Source: an uncultured Bdellovibrionales bacterium
Lineage (GTDB): Bacteria; Patescibacteriota; Minisyncoccia; Moranbacterales; UBA1568
Direction of reading: 5' to 3'
Length of the DNA: 64,000 nt
Assembly (NCBI GenBank): GCA_964500505.1
Contig: CAZCNN010000001.1
Coordinates: forward strand, 66,621 to 130,620
Shown here: positions 1-10,072 of the stretch, piece after piece
Numbering within the stretch: position 1 is the first letter of the stretch
Layout of the letters: every line of letters begins with the position of its first letter
Translations under genes and position numbers: made by a program
The notes under the pieces: model-generated
The model's database searches: none
Told to the model about the DNA's origin: nothing
The model's input: only the letters and a program-made list of their open reading frames with translations

Positions 1-553
1 GGCGCACACTATTCGTGATATAGGCGACTGGCGGCTCGTGGTGTTTGATACAAACTTCGACAAGAATACCGACGACGATAGGGGCGCCAAGTCATACACT
101 GTTGGCTATGTCAGTCGCTCGGAACTTGAATGGCTTAGGCGGGCCCTTGAAACTGATCGTCCGACCATCGTGTTTTCGCACCATAGTCCAGTCACGACGC
201 TCAATATTGAGGGTGCGCTTTCGACCAATATCTCAAACGCTGAGGCTGTGCGAGCCATCTTTGAGCATGCCCCTCATGTAGTCGCGGTCGTTTCAGGGCA
301 CACTCCGCGACCGCAGTATCAAGAGTATAACGGGGTACACTATTTTGTCGGCGATACGCTGGTGAACGAAACTGGGCTTGGGGCATTTGCGACGATTGAT
401 GCATACTATAATCCATTTTCTAAACGAGCCGAAATTGTGTTTGAACACTATGGTCAGAATCGTCAATCCTATGCGGCACAGGAGCACATCGTGGATGATA
501 TGTGGGCCAACTGGTGGCGAATGACTCGTGAACAGTGGGCACTGAAGTTTTAG
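1..553 (+). CDS. calcineurin-like metallophosphoesterase, C-terminal part (5' end lies outside the window)
   Basis: The reading frame is open from position 2. SHHSP and VSGHTPRP motifs resemble metallophosphoesterase metal-ligand blocks. Confidence 0.55.
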   Translation, partial: AHTIRDIGDWRLVVFDTNFDKNTDDDRGAKSYTVGYVSRSELEWLRRALETDRPTIVFSHHSPVTTLNIEGALSTNISNAEAVRAIFEHAPHVVAVVSGHTPRPQYQEYNGVHYFVGDTLVNETGLGAFATIDAYYNPFSKRAEIVFEHYGQNRQSYAAQEHIVDDMWANWWRMTREQWALKF

Positions 554-562
554 GGAAAGAAG

Positions 563-610
563 AAAAAGCCCGGGGTCCTCGCGCGGAGGGCCTCGGGTTG
601 TTCGTGTGCC
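563..610 (+). terminator. GC-rich imperfect hairpin after the phosphoesterase gene (possible terminator)
   Basis: aaaaagcccggggtcctcgcgcggagggcctcggg followed by a T-rich stretch. The stem is imperfect. Confidence 0.3.
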
Positions 611-837
611 AGCTACCGGGTGATGGCCAGTGCAGACGTAAGACGACGTCTGGCGTCCTCTGCGAGCAGAGCGTTGTGGGCAATCTGTCGACGCCACTGT
701 TCACTCCCTGCAACGAGATTGGACCACCACTCAAAGGACCAGAGCCACAGGGACAAGGGTGTTGGTATCATCTTCGTCTCCCAATCGCACCAAGGTGGCG
801 CGTCATGCTTTGAGTGTATGCCTATGAACGGAAAGAA

Positions 838-2319
838 TCAATTCTTTGTCAATGGTCGGAAGAGTTTCTGGAGTGGGGCGATATCAGTGTCACTGAGCTC
901 CTTGACCAGACGGAGGTAGATGAAGTAGAGGACAAAAAGGAAACCACCTGAGAGGAAGAAGGAGATCGGTCCATGAGGCAGGTATGGAGCTACGAGGGCA
1001 ATCATGAGCGTGCCAAGGAGCGAGAGGAGGATGGTTCGTACGGAGAGCTTCACACGAAAGTGTCGTGCGGTCACCACCAGGATAGCAACCATGAGAAAAA
1101 AAGAAGTAATGGTGGTCGAGAGCGCCGCGCCGACGAGCCCAAAGACTGGAATGAGGAGGACGTTAAAGATGATCATGAGGAGAAATCCGCCACAGGCAAG
1201 GTACATAGGAATTTTGACCAATCCAGCGCCATTGAGGGCAAAAGAGAGAACGTAAAAAACGGTGAGGAATCCGACTCCAACCGCAAAAACGCTCATGGGA
1301 GCGAGGGCCTCGGCATAACGGGCGCCATAAAAGAAATGAAGGACTTGAGAACCAAAGGATATGAGGAGTGTTACCATCGGAAAGAGGAGAAAGGTCATGA
1401 GACGGAGTGAGCGGTTGACGAGGCTTTCGGTGCCAGCTGTGTCCGCTTCGGCCGTGGTCTTGGAGATAGCGGGGAGGAGGATGATAGTGAGAGCATAAAA
1501 GAGAAAATAGGGGATGCGTCCGACGGTGATGGCGGCGTTGTAGATACCGGTTAGGTAGTCGCTCCCGAGCATGCTTTTCACAAAGTACAGGTCGAGGGTA
1601 AGGATGAGTTCATAGAAGAGGAGGAACGCAGTCAGCGGTCCGGCATAAGCCAGGATGGTTTTGCCCGAAAAGAGCGCTACTTCTTTACGCCGGGTGTCTC
1701 TTAGGGTCGGGAAATAGCGGTGGGTGACCAAGAGGTCAAAGAGAATGGCCAACCCGAAGACAAAGAGCGGGGCGATGATATAGCCTGCGATAGCTCCTTC
1801 AACCCCAAAGAATGATGCGAGGAGAACGATAAAGACCACCCGGCTGATTGCTCTGAGGGTTTTGAGGGCGGCTTGGATTCGGAAGAAGTGGAGTCCGGTA
1901 AAGTAGTAAAAGTAAAATGAGGCCGACGCAAAGGCGGGAATAATAAGTGAGGAGAGTTGAAAGAGTGGCGTAAGTGATGGATCGCGGAGGACCCATGCGA
2001 TAAGCGGTGATGCGAAGAAGAAGACGGCGGTCACTGAGAGCATGAGGATGGCCTGAAGCCTGAGTGCTTGGTACTTGATGCCAAGGATTTTCCCTGGGGC
2101 AGACTCAAAGATCTCACTCAGGTATTTGGACATGGCGGTCGGGATGCCGTTTCCGATCAGGATGATGATCATGGTGGTGAGTGTCACCACGAGACCATAG
2201 CGACCATACTCCTCAGGGCCGAGGATACGCCCGAGTGACGACTGGATAATGTAGCCACCGATGTTGTAGATGACCTCTGAGAGGGTCAGCCACACCAGTG
2301 CTTGAGAGAATTTTTTCAT
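838..2319 (-). CDS. polysaccharide biosynthesis protein / oligosaccharide flippase (MOP/Wzx-like)
   Basis: 493 aa with about 12-14 TM helices. The N-terminal block SEVIYNIGGYIIQSSLGRILGPEEYG is typical of the PST/Wzx family. Confidence 0.7.
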   Translation of the reverse strand: MKKFSQALVWLTLSEVIYNIGGYIIQSSLGRILGPEEYGRYGLVVTLTTMIIILIGNGIPTAMSKYLSEIFESAPGKILGIKYQALRLQAILMLSVTAVFFFASPLIAWVLRDPSLTPLFQLSSLIIPAFASASFYFYYFTGLHFFRIQAALKTLRAISRVVFIVLLASFFGVEGAIAGYIIAPLFVFGLAILFDLLVTHRYFPTLRDTRRKEVALFSGKTILAYAGPLTAFLLFYELILTLDLYFVKSMLGSDYLTGIYNAAITVGRIPYFLFYALTIILLPAISKTTAEADTAGTESLVNRSLRLMTFLLFPMVTLLISFGSQVLHFFYGARYAEALAPMSVFAVGVGFLTVFYVLSFALNGAGLVKIPMYLACGGFLLMIIFNVLLIPVFGLVGAALSTTITSFFLMVAILVVTARHFRVKLSVRTILLSLLGTLMIALVAPYLPHGPISFFLSGGFLFVLYFIYLRLVKELSDTDIAPLQKLFRPLTKN

Positions 2320-2526
2320 ACTATGTTGTTACACGTTCTCTTTAAAATCTTCCTTTTCCTACCCTTGCGTATCCGTCGAACACTTCTTTGCTCGCTTCGC
2401 CGAACGGGGAGCTGTCTTGTACCGAGGTGTCAATCACGCTCGACCGTTACCGGCACGCTCACAAGAAATGTTACCGACGTCACATCGGGAGTACAGAAAA
2501 GAAAGATTTCAAGAGAACGTCCCGAC

Positions 2527-3162
2527 TCAAACATTTAACCCCCGTGCAATTTCTTGAAAAATGCTTTCTTTGCTCTGATGTGCGTCGATCACGATCAAAT
2601 CCCACTCGGCGGTACGATGCTTGAAGAGTTCCATCTTGGTACGGAGATAGTCGATGCCTTGCTCTGGGGCGCGCTCACGGGTCATGATGGCCTCTGGTGT
2701 GAGGTCAAAGTAGAAACAGACGTCTGCCTTGGGGGTATACCTGGCGAGCCAGTTGATACCAAAGCGGATAGGCCAAGAGAAGAATCGGACGTCTCGTGCG
2801 AGATAGTCGAGATTCACGACGGAGTCGTAGAATGAACGATCGGACAAGAGGTAATCATACCCTTGCCCCTCGAGTGATCGGCGGAGAAACGTAAAGCGAA
2901 TCATATCGATCAAAAGAAACTTCTCGCGGAGCACGAGAGAGAGCCATGAGGCCTCTGTAACAGCCTTTTCCTGGCCAGGCTCGAAGTGCTTCTTTCCGTG
3001 CAAACATCTCGCAATTTTATTGGCCAACGAAAACTCCACCGCATGAAAATATGCTACTTTCTTGCCTGATTGCTCCAGTTTACTGCGAAGGAGTTCGAGC
3101 TGAGTAGACTTCCCTGAACCATCCACGCCTGAGAGGGTGATATAGTACATAGTTATTTCCAA
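2527..3162 (-). CDS. tmk: thymidylate kinase-like P-loop kinase
   Basis: P-loop TLSGVDGSGKSTQ at the N-terminus, 211 aa. Overlaps the NUDIX gene by 10 nt. Confidence 0.6.
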   Translation of the reverse strand: MEITMYYITLSGVDGSGKSTQLELLRSKLEQSGKKVAYFHAVEFSLANKIARCLHGKKHFEPGQEKAVTEASWLSLVLREKFLLIDMIRFTFLRRSLEGQGYDYLLSDRSFYDSVVNLDYLARDVRFFSWPIRFGINWLARYTPKADVCFYFDLTPEAIMTRERAPEQGIDYLRTKMELFKHRTAEWDLIVIDAHQSKESIFQEIARGLNV

Positions 3163-3590
3163 CCAAATTCACTGTAAGGAATAGTATTGAGGGAATTTTC
3201 AATTGCTTGGCGCACGTAGGGGATGGTATTTTCTGGCAGGTTGTCTACGGGAAACCAAGAAAGATCATCGCATTTTTCCGGTTCTTTGTTCTCGGGCGTC
3301 CCAGTCCATTCATCAGCCAGGTAGTATACGTCAACATATTCTCTCTCAGGACTTTTTCGATGCATGACATGGGAGACCTTAGCGTTTTTCACTGGGAGGT
3401 CAATTCCTATCTCCTCTCTTGCTTCGCGAATGAGCGCTTGCGTGAATGATTCACTGGGTTCCGCATGTCCAGCAGGGAGAGAGTACTTTCCATCTTCAAA
3501 ACCAGTGTTGTGCCGTCTTGACAAAAGAACTTTTGCATCTTGAACAAGTATGATATATGATGCCACGAACGTATGAGGATTGTGTGCCAT
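3153..3590 (-). CDS. NUDIX hydrolase
   Basis: Nudix box GHAEPSESFTQALIREAREEIGI (GX5EX7REUXEEXGU). Confidence 0.8.
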   Translation of the reverse strand: MAHNPHTFVASYIILVQDAKVLLSRRHNTGFEDGKYSLPAGHAEPSESFTQALIREAREEIGIDLPVKNAKVSHVMHRKSPEREYVDVYYLADEWTGTPENKEPEKCDDLSWFPVDNLPENTIPYVRQAIENSLNTIPYSEFGWK

Positions 3591-3631
3591 TGCGTTGACT
3601 GCTGATTGATGTTAGATGATTGAGCTTTTAG

Positions 3632-5137
3632 TTAGTACATGATGACTGAGATAGGCTCAAGTTTGACGACAGGCTTAACGATGTTATTGGCGACGACGCT
3701 CTCGATGACATCTTCGGCACGTTTGTAGTGCGATGAATCCTGTTCGATTACCTTGGAGGAGCGACCGTTGTAGAGTTTAACACCCCGGGTAGCGAGTTTT
3801 TCGTGGAGAGCTTCTTTACTTTCCGGTACGACATCGTCTGATTTCTTGACTGACTTACCAGCTCCGTGATTACAGGAGTAAAGGCTCGAGTCATTGCCGT
3901 CCTGGCCGACGCAGAGATAGGCCTCGGTACTCATGGACGTCGGAATAAAAGCCGGCTCGCCAGTGTCCTTGAATGTTGGGTGAGTGGTCATGCGACTTGG
4001 ACCATAGGCGCGACTGGTGCCATTGCGGTGCACCCACACATTCTTACCGTAGTGTTCTTCTTGGGAAACGAGGATATGAGGCATGTCGTAGAGGAGATCG
4101 GCCTCGATACTCCGTCCCAGCACTTTCTCGGCTGTAGTTATGAAATTATGGGTGATGGTGGCGCGGTTGGCGTGAGCAAAGTTGGAGCACGCGCGTCTCG
4201 CCGCCATATAGAGCCGGCCGTCCTCGCTCTCGCCATCAAAGGTGATGAGGGGTTCTGCCTTGCCAAAATCCGAGGCACGAATCTTGTCGGCGATACGAGC
4301 GACTGTTTTCTTGAAAGGAGTGAACCAGAAGAAGCGACCAATGTTCATAAGGATGGCCGTCGAGAGGTGCTCATGCTTTTTGGCGGTAAACATGTACATC
4401 GTGTACTGGCCGAGGATACCTGAGCCACAGTGAATCATGAGGATGTACTGGCCCTTGCGCAGGTTGAATCGCGCTGCTATCTCTGGGTCAACGACGTCAG
4501 TCACTTTCATGAGGTCGAGGAAGTGGTTGCCGGCTGCGCCGATGATGCCCGAGCGGAACTGGGCAAAAAAGAGAAAGAGGGGCGGGATGATATTCATGAT
4601 GCCCCGTCGAGTAGGCGCAACGTCAAAGAAGTTGCCTCGGTCTATCGAGTTTTCGGCCTCATGCTTCGTCTTGATACCGAGGTACTCGATGAGGGGAGCG
4701 ATACCGAGACGGCAGATATCGACAATCACACGGAAAGGGAGGACTGTGCCAACTACTTTTTTGGTCGGGACCGTCTTGGTCGCCGCCTGAAAAATTCGGT
4801 CAATTTCCGTGGGCGTGATGTTGGTGTCATCGAGATCGAGCCTGACGAGACGCATCCCACAGGCCGGGTCACTGTCGTTTACCTGGGGCAGGATGTATTG
4901 CTCGGAAGCGACTGTGGTGCCTGTGGCGTTTTTGCGACCAGGTTTACTGTGTACATCGGCCATGGCCGCGACGTGATGAAAGATGCAACCATTGGCTGCC
5001 ACGCTCTCCAGTTGCTTCATGGTTTCGTCACCGGGCATGAGTTTGTCACCCACATGAAAAACAACCGGAACCGACATCTTCGGTGTCTGAAACTCTTGTT
5101 TGTGGTCGGTAATTTTCTTGATGTTCTGTTCGTACAT
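3632..5137 (-). CDS. rtcB: RtcB-family RNA 3'-phosphate ligase
   Basis: 501 aa. AAMADVHSKPG and C-terminal CNHGAGK resemble the RtcB metal and His motifs. Confidence 0.7.
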   Translation of the reverse strand: MYEQNIKKITDHKQEFQTPKMSVPVVFHVGDKLMPGDETMKQLESVAANGCIFHHVAAMADVHSKPGRKNATGTTVASEQYILPQVNDSDPACGMRLVRLDLDDTNITPTEIDRIFQAATKTVPTKKVVGTVLPFRVIVDICRLGIAPLIEYLGIKTKHEAENSIDRGNFFDVAPTRRGIMNIIPPLFLFFAQFRSGIIGAAGNHFLDLMKVTDVVDPEIAARFNLRKGQYILMIHCGSGILGQYTMYMFTAKKHEHLSTAILMNIGRFFWFTPFKKTVARIADKIRASDFGKAEPLITFDGESEDGRLYMAARRACSNFAHANRATITHNFITTAEKVLGRSIEADLLYDMPHILVSQEEHYGKNVWVHRNGTSRAYGPSRMTTHPTFKDTGEPAFIPTSMSTEAYLCVGQDGNDSSLYSCNHGAGKSVKKSDDVVPESKEALHEKLATRGVKLYNGRSSKVIEQDSSHYKRAEDVIESVVANNIVKPVVKLEPISVIMY

Positions 5138-5139
5138 AG

Positions 5140-5262
5140 AACTAAGCGAAAACTAAATTTCTAATTTTGAATCAAATCCGAATGCACAAATTTTGAAAAT
5201 TCTAAAATTTGAAAATTAAGAAATTGATTGGAAATTTGAAATTGAGAATTAGAAATTCCTCG
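5140..5262. repeat. AT-rich intergenic tract with phased A-tracts (AAATT/GAAATT units every 8-11 bp)
   Basis: gaaaattctaaaatttgaaaattaagaaattgattggaaatttgaaattgagaattagaaatt. Confidence 0.45.
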
Positions 5263-6384
5263 TTACAACGAGGCGTATATTTCTTCGTACTGTTTGGCAG
5301 TATTTTTGAGGTCAAAGTGGTCTTTGACGTAGCGACGGGCATTGTCGCCGAGACGGTGCTGCTCTTCGATATTATCCTTTATATAAGCCAAAGATTCGAT
5401 GAGTTTATCACCCGAATCTTTCGGGATTGTAACACAAATATCGGGGTTTGTAAATTCAGCAAACTGGGGGAGATCGGAGAGGATAACTGGTTTACCGCAG
5501 GCATAAGCCTCGATGATGATAAGTGGGACATCAAACTTTCCTTTGAGATTTTCAACCGGAAAGATGACGACATCCGCGGTGTTGTAGAGCGAGGGCATGT
5601 CGGTGGTAGCGCTCTGTTCGTCGAAGAGAATATGCTTTTCTAAGCCCGCGCTTTTTACTCTAGCTCTGATATCTTCGCGTTTGGCGCGGTCGGCTTCATT
5701 TTTGATTCGACAAGCAAAGAGAAATTTCATGTTGGACTCGGGGTGTTCGGTGAAGTAGCGGAGAAAAGTCTCAGCGAGCATGTCGGTGGCACCGAGGCGA
5801 GTGTATTCGCCGGGGTAGATAACCAAGAAGTCATCGGGAGTGAGGTCGTAGGTCGCGAGAACAGCCGGATTCTTATCTCTGGGTTGGTAGAGGTCGAGGT
5901 CGATGCCAGGATAAATACGGCTAACGTTCCGAAAGCCGAGTGTCTCGAGCTTATTCTTGGTGCGGTCGGTATAGACGATAATCCGATCAGCAAAGAGGAG
6001 GGAACGGAGTTCTGTGGGTGTGTAGAGGTCTTCACGGAGCGTCGCTACCGTCTGGAGGGTACGTCCGGTTGGCCGTGCCAGCCATTTGATGAGATTGGTG
6101 TTTTGCTTGGTCGGGGTAAAGAGATAGTGAGTGACATCATAGTCCCGCCTGGTCCGACGGAGATAGGCGAGCAGGCGGAGCTTGGTTGCTAGGTCAAAGT
6201 GACCATGAGAAAAGATGCGCTCTTCATGAGCACTCGCCGGGAGACCAGAGAGTGGCACGCTCGTCGTGAGGAGAGTGAGCGCGTGGTCGGTCACTTCACG
6301 ACCGAGGAAGTAGGCGAAGTTTTTGGAGGCCTCATCCCATGGCGGGACGAGCGGTCGAGTGGCGAGGAGGACTTTTTTGGACAT
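5263..6384 (-). CDS. glycosyltransferase family 4 (GT-B)
   Basis: EAYACGKPVILSDLPQFAEF block. Confidence 0.8.
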   Translation of the reverse strand: MSKKVLLATRPLVPPWDEASKNFAYFLGREVTDHALTLLTTSVPLSGLPASAHEERIFSHGHFDLATKLRLLAYLRRTRRDYDVTHYLFTPTKQNTNLIKWLARPTGRTLQTVATLREDLYTPTELRSLLFADRIIVYTDRTKNKLETLGFRNVSRIYPGIDLDLYQPRDKNPAVLATYDLTPDDFLVIYPGEYTRLGATDMLAETFLRYFTEHPESNMKFLFACRIKNEADRAKREDIRARVKSAGLEKHILFDEQSATTDMPSLYNTADVVIFPVENLKGKFDVPLIIIEAYACGKPVILSDLPQFAEFTNPDICVTIPKDSGDKLIESLAYIKDNIEEQHRLGDNARRYVKDHFDLKNTAKQYEEIYASL

Positions 6385-6388
6385 AGTG

Positions 6389-6763
6389 CTAGCGATAAAT
6401 GGCTTTCTTTTGGGTCCCCGTGGTGACCGTGATGACGGTGCGAGAGGCGGAGGAGGGCACGGTAGGGGTGAGTGTCTTTGATTGACCTTTGGGGAGCGAA
6501 AACGTTTCTTCTGAGATGAGAGTGTTTCCTTCGGTGATGGTTGCCCGAAATTCGGTGTTATTACTATGATTTTCGACAGTATAGGTAAAACTTTTGTCGT
6601 TCATGGGTTCGTCAAAAGAGAGAATCCACCAGTCTTTGCCGAGATTCTGGTCGAGGCCACGCTCGTTTTGCCAAAAGAGATAGAGGCTACTCACGGCAAA
6701 GAGGAGTACAAAGAGGAGTACAAAGAGGAGGATGAGGCGGTTTTCAGTGAAGGATGTTTTCAT
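6389..6763 (-). CDS. hypothetical membrane-anchored protein
   Basis: N-terminal TM helix LILLFVLLFVLLFAVSSLYLF. Coupled to flanking genes by a 4-nt overlap. Confidence 0.5.
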   Translation of the reverse strand: MKTSFTENRLILLFVLLFVLLFAVSSLYLFWQNERGLDQNLGKDWWILSFDEPMNDKSFTYTVENHSNNTEFRATITEGNTLISEETFSLPKGQSKTLTPTVPSSASRTVITVTTGTQKKAIYR

Positions 6764-8718
6764 TGCCCTCGAGTATAGATGTGAATGGTATCGGTTGCGT
6801 AGATGCGGACAAAATCATCTGACTTCTCAAAAGGAGTAACGTCGTATTTCGGATTGACGACGACTATATTCGTCCCAGTTTCAGTGTAGCATTTTTCGCC
6901 ACGCGCGGTGTTGGGGACGGAAATCATGAGGAGGGTACACTGTTCGCGATTGGGGTTGTCTTCGTAGCGTTTAAAGAAGCCACGAGAGAGCGGGTAGCTA
7001 TAGTCACGGAGGAAAAAGAGTTTCATCCAGGCGTCACCGACGATATAGTTGTGATCCTTGAGGATGAGGTCATCTGATCCGGCGTGGGAGGCGAGGTAGC
7101 TCGAGGCTCGAAAGGTTTCGACGGCAGAAAGAGCCTTGCTTTCGGCGAGGAGGGACTGGCCATTGTCATACGAGCCACTGCCAAGCGCAAAGAAAAATGA
7201 TGTGATCGAAAAAAGAAATACCGCGAAGCCTGGGAGTACCAAGCGTTTCCGGTCGCCACGAAGCGTAGCGAGGGCAAAAACAAAAGCAAAGGAAGCGAGG
7301 AGCCCGAGGGGAAATGACAGATAGGCCCCGATCCGATTGCTGGGGATATTGATGAAGAGGAGATGCGGGAAGAGAGTCATCATGAGGAGAATGCCGCCCC
7401 AGCCGACGAGGAACGCGCTCCCGTAGCGATATTTGTCTCGAAGGAATGCGATGAGGAAGAGTCCGGCGAGACCGAGGGCGACTCTCGCTTCGCCCGATGA
7501 AAATGTCACCTGATACAGTGAGAGCCCGGTACGAGTGGTTTTGGTCGGGGTACCGAGTGCGGTCCCGACGGCACGGGTCTCGATATAGGTCGGCATGGCG
7601 ACGAGGAAGAAAAACAAGCAGGCGAGCAGAGCTATGATGAGAGGTTTGGGTTGAAGGAAAAGAGCGAGCCATTCTCGAGCGATAGTCGCGATATTCTGCC
7701 ACTGCCAGATGATGAAGACCAAGACTGAGGCACCAAGGGCAAAGAGGGTGATGAGAGTGCTCAGGTGGTGGATATAGGCGAGCGCAAAGGTGAGGAAGAA
7801 TCCGAGAGCTAGGAAGTCTGAGCGCTTCTCACGAAAAGCTCGGAGGTAGGCGAGGATAATGAGGGGAATAAAAAGGTTGCCGAGAGTATTTCCCACTACA
7901 CCACCAGAGACGAACTTGGCTTGGGGTGAGGCGAGGGTATAGAGCGGACCAAAGAAGAGGAGCGTGGCAAGTGCAATACGCTCAGGCGTAAAGAATGGAT
8001 GATGGTCAGAAGACTCTGCAAAGCTCTCGGCAAGCGCCCGAGCGAGCGCCACGAGTGCGAGGAGAGCAAGGAGATTGATAAATAGGAGAAAGACGATCGG
8101 GAAGGCGGTAAAAAATCCGATGCCAGAGAGGATAGAAATCGCAGCAAAAGGGAGGTGCTCACCAATGATAAAGTCAGCGATCGGCTCTGGCTCGGTCACA
8201 GAGTAAGTGCCAGAAGCGTTGGTCACGATGTCTCGCTTGGCATACTCGGGGAGCATACCAGTCTGTGTAATGAGCGCTGACCAGTACATGTGGTGCCCGA
8301 GGTCAGTCGAGGTCGGGAGGACGGCGTGCGAGAGGTAGATGGTTTTCAGGAGCACGGTGAGGATGATGAGGAGTGCAAAGAGTACTGTCCCACGCTTACT
8401 CCAACTGTGGGGAGTGGTGGATTCACTTGAGGCGGGAGAGACATGGTTTCGGATAAAGAGCGAGAGAGCAAGGAGCACTCCAAATCCGAGGAGGGCAAGA
8501 CTCAGTGAGAGTGTGGTGAAGCGTATGCCCGCTTGTCCGAGGAGGATCATCCCGAAATTAAGGAGGCCGAGACCCACCACAAATGAGAGCACAAACGTCT
8601 CAAGCGGAGTGAGTACTGCCCCACGTTTGAGAAACAGCTTGAGGAGGAGCCAGCCAGGCACAAAAAAGAGGGCCCCGGTAGCGAGCAAGAAAAGTAGAGT
8701 GTCTGTAAAGGCGATCAT
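6760..8718 (-). CDS. large polytopic membrane protein with extracytoplasmic C-terminal domain; GT-C-like glycosyltransferase/polymerase candidate
   Basis: 652 aa with more than 12 TM helices and a roughly 200-aa soluble C-terminal domain. Sits in an operon with GT4 genes. Confidence 0.45.
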   Translation of the reverse strand: MIAFTDTLLFLLATGALFFVPGWLLLKLFLKRGAVLTPLETFVLSFVVGLGLLNFGMILLGQAGIRFTTLSLSLALLGFGVLLALSLFIRNHVSPASSESTTPHSWSKRGTVLFALLIILTVLLKTIYLSHAVLPTSTDLGHHMYWSALITQTGMLPEYAKRDIVTNASGTYSVTEPEPIADFIIGEHLPFAAISILSGIGFFTAFPIVFLLFINLLALLALVALARALAESFAESSDHHPFFTPERIALATLLFFGPLYTLASPQAKFVSGGVVGNTLGNLFIPLIILAYLRAFREKRSDFLALGFFLTFALAYIHHLSTLITLFALGASVLVFIIWQWQNIATIAREWLALFLQPKPLIIALLACLFFFLVAMPTYIETRAVGTALGTPTKTTRTGLSLYQVTFSSGEARVALGLAGLFLIAFLRDKYRYGSAFLVGWGGILLMMTLFPHLLFINIPSNRIGAYLSFPLGLLASFAFVFALATLRGDRKRLVLPGFAVFLFSITSFFFALGSGSYDNGQSLLAESKALSAVETFRASSYLASHAGSDDLILKDHNYIVGDAWMKLFFLRDYSYPLSRGFFKRYEDNPNREQCTLLMISVPNTARGEKCYTETGTNIVVVNPKYDVTPFEKSDDFVRIYATDTIHIYTRGQ

Positions 8719-9839
8719 GATGCTTTGATTTTGAGTGTCTTCTCTAGTACCTCGACGTATCGGAGTGAGATAGTATCCCAGTGGTAATGTTCTCGGGTGT
8801 AACGGGAGGCTCGTTCTCCGAGGTCGCGTCTCTTTCTTTCATCTGAGAGGAGGTTCTCGATGGCAGTTTTCCAGGCTGTGGCATTGCCAGGTTCAACCAA
8901 GATCCCATTCTCTCCCTCTATAATAGCATCTTTGAGGCCCTGGAGGTTTGAGGTAATAACAGGACGGCCACAGAGGGCTGCCTCGATGACCGAGATACCA
9001 AATCCTTCCATAGTGCCTGGGACTTCTATGTTCGGTGAGATGACGATGTCGGCGGTGTGGTAGAGGAGCTTGATATCGTTCCAGACAAGATTGGTGAGGA
9101 GCTTCACCCGATGCTCCAGACCAAGCTCGGTCACTGCAGTCTCACAAGCTGGGTAAAGATCAGCGTCGCCTGGCGTGTTTGCTTTGACGCGAGGACCAGC
9201 GGCTACAAAGAGCACATTCTCTGGCAAGAGAGGCATAACGTTCCGTAGAAACCACTCGACGCCCTTGTGTTTCACGTAGCGCGCTACGCGAACAATGACG
9301 ATTTTTTCCTCGAGGTTCTCGCCAAGAAATGTCGCAAGATCGTGGCGTGAATAATTTCCTTCGAGTGTCGCCGGGTCAACACCATTATTCACAACGACAC
9401 ACTGAGATGCTGGGATACCGGCTCTTTCCGCTGTCTCTTTGGTTTCGCGACTGACACAGATGAGGATGTCGAGCTCTTTGAGACAAGGGATATTCACCGT
9501 CGCGTAGACCCAAGGGAGGAATCCTCGCTTGGTAGCGAAAGTAATATCGAGCCCATGCAGGACCGAGGCCACGACCTTCTTGGGATAGCAGAGCTTCATG
9601 ACATATCCGAGAGGTCCCATCACTCCGTCGCCCAGGAGGACGGCATCGTAGCGTGGTAAGAGCCAGAGGCTCTTCAGGAGTACCCATGGCAAAAACCACG
9701 GAAGTGCTACCTTGCCACCATGATTTGCCAGCGTGCGGACAGTCGCGTGCTTTGGGAGCCACTCCGCGAGCGCCGCATTTTGGTTCTCAATTCCACCAGT
9801 AATCGGAGGAAAGGCACGGGAAATGAAGAGGATTTTCAT
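8715..9839 (-). CDS. glycosyltransferase family 4
   Basis: EGFGISVIEAALCGRPVITSN block. Confidence 0.8.
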   Translation of the reverse strand: MKILFISRAFPPITGGIENQNAALAEWLPKHATVRTLANHGGKVALPWFLPWVLLKSLWLLPRYDAVLLGDGVMGPLGYVMKLCYPKKVVASVLHGLDITFATKRGFLPWVYATVNIPCLKELDILICVSRETKETAERAGIPASQCVVVNNGVDPATLEGNYSRHDLATFLGENLEEKIVIVRVARYVKHKGVEWFLRNVMPLLPENVLFVAAGPRVKANTPGDADLYPACETAVTELGLEHRVKLLTNLVWNDIKLLYHTADIVISPNIEVPGTMEGFGISVIEAALCGRPVITSNLQGLKDAIIEGENGILVEPGNATAWKTAIENLLSDERKRRDLGERASRYTREHYHWDTISLRYVEVLEKTLKIKAS

Positions 9840-9897
9840 GAGACAAACAGGGATATTTATGGCTTAATTGTAACTTTTTTCTGCGGCTTCGTCACTA

Positions 9898-9926
9898 TTG
9901 ACTTTAACTAAAAAAAGGTGTATAAT
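9898..9926 (+). promoter_or_regulatory. near-consensus sigma70 promoter TTGACT-17-TATAAT
   Basis: ttgact (9898-9903), 17-nt spacer, tataat (9921-9926). Confidence 0.55.
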
Positions 9927-10072
9927 ATTAGGTTCGTTAAAAAGTTAAGAAAGTGACTAGAAGCCGCTTCTTGGCGCAGAATATACTTGTGCCCTGAGAA
10001 GCGGCTATCTCTAGTCGCTCATGGTATGCGGATGCCATGCTCAACCGTCCATTACGAAACGAAGGAGCTCTC

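Noticed and set aside
973-1410. Numerous long antisense/shadow ORFs in the track (e.g. 973-1410, 3866-4423, 4430-5164, 5743-6192, 13333-13725, 19216-20118, 21109-22299, 51396-52103, 56218-56649, 59699-60139, 62126-62713)
   Set aside because: Each lies fully inside, and antisense to or out of frame with, a gene that has clear family motifs. The low-complexity, Ser/Arg/Pro-rich translations are typical of shadow ORFs.
2320-2526. Unusually long (207 bp) intergenic region between tmk and the flippase gene as a possible sRNA/riboswitch
   Set aside because: It has no conserved motif, strong hairpin or promoter/terminator pair to support a discrete RNA gene. It is probably just the flippase promoter/5' UTR.
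5140-5262. CRISPR-like short repeats (GAAATT units)
   Set aside because: The units are 6-9 bp, irregular and AT-only, with no 25-40 bp repeat/spacer periodicity. No CRISPR array exists anywhere in the window.
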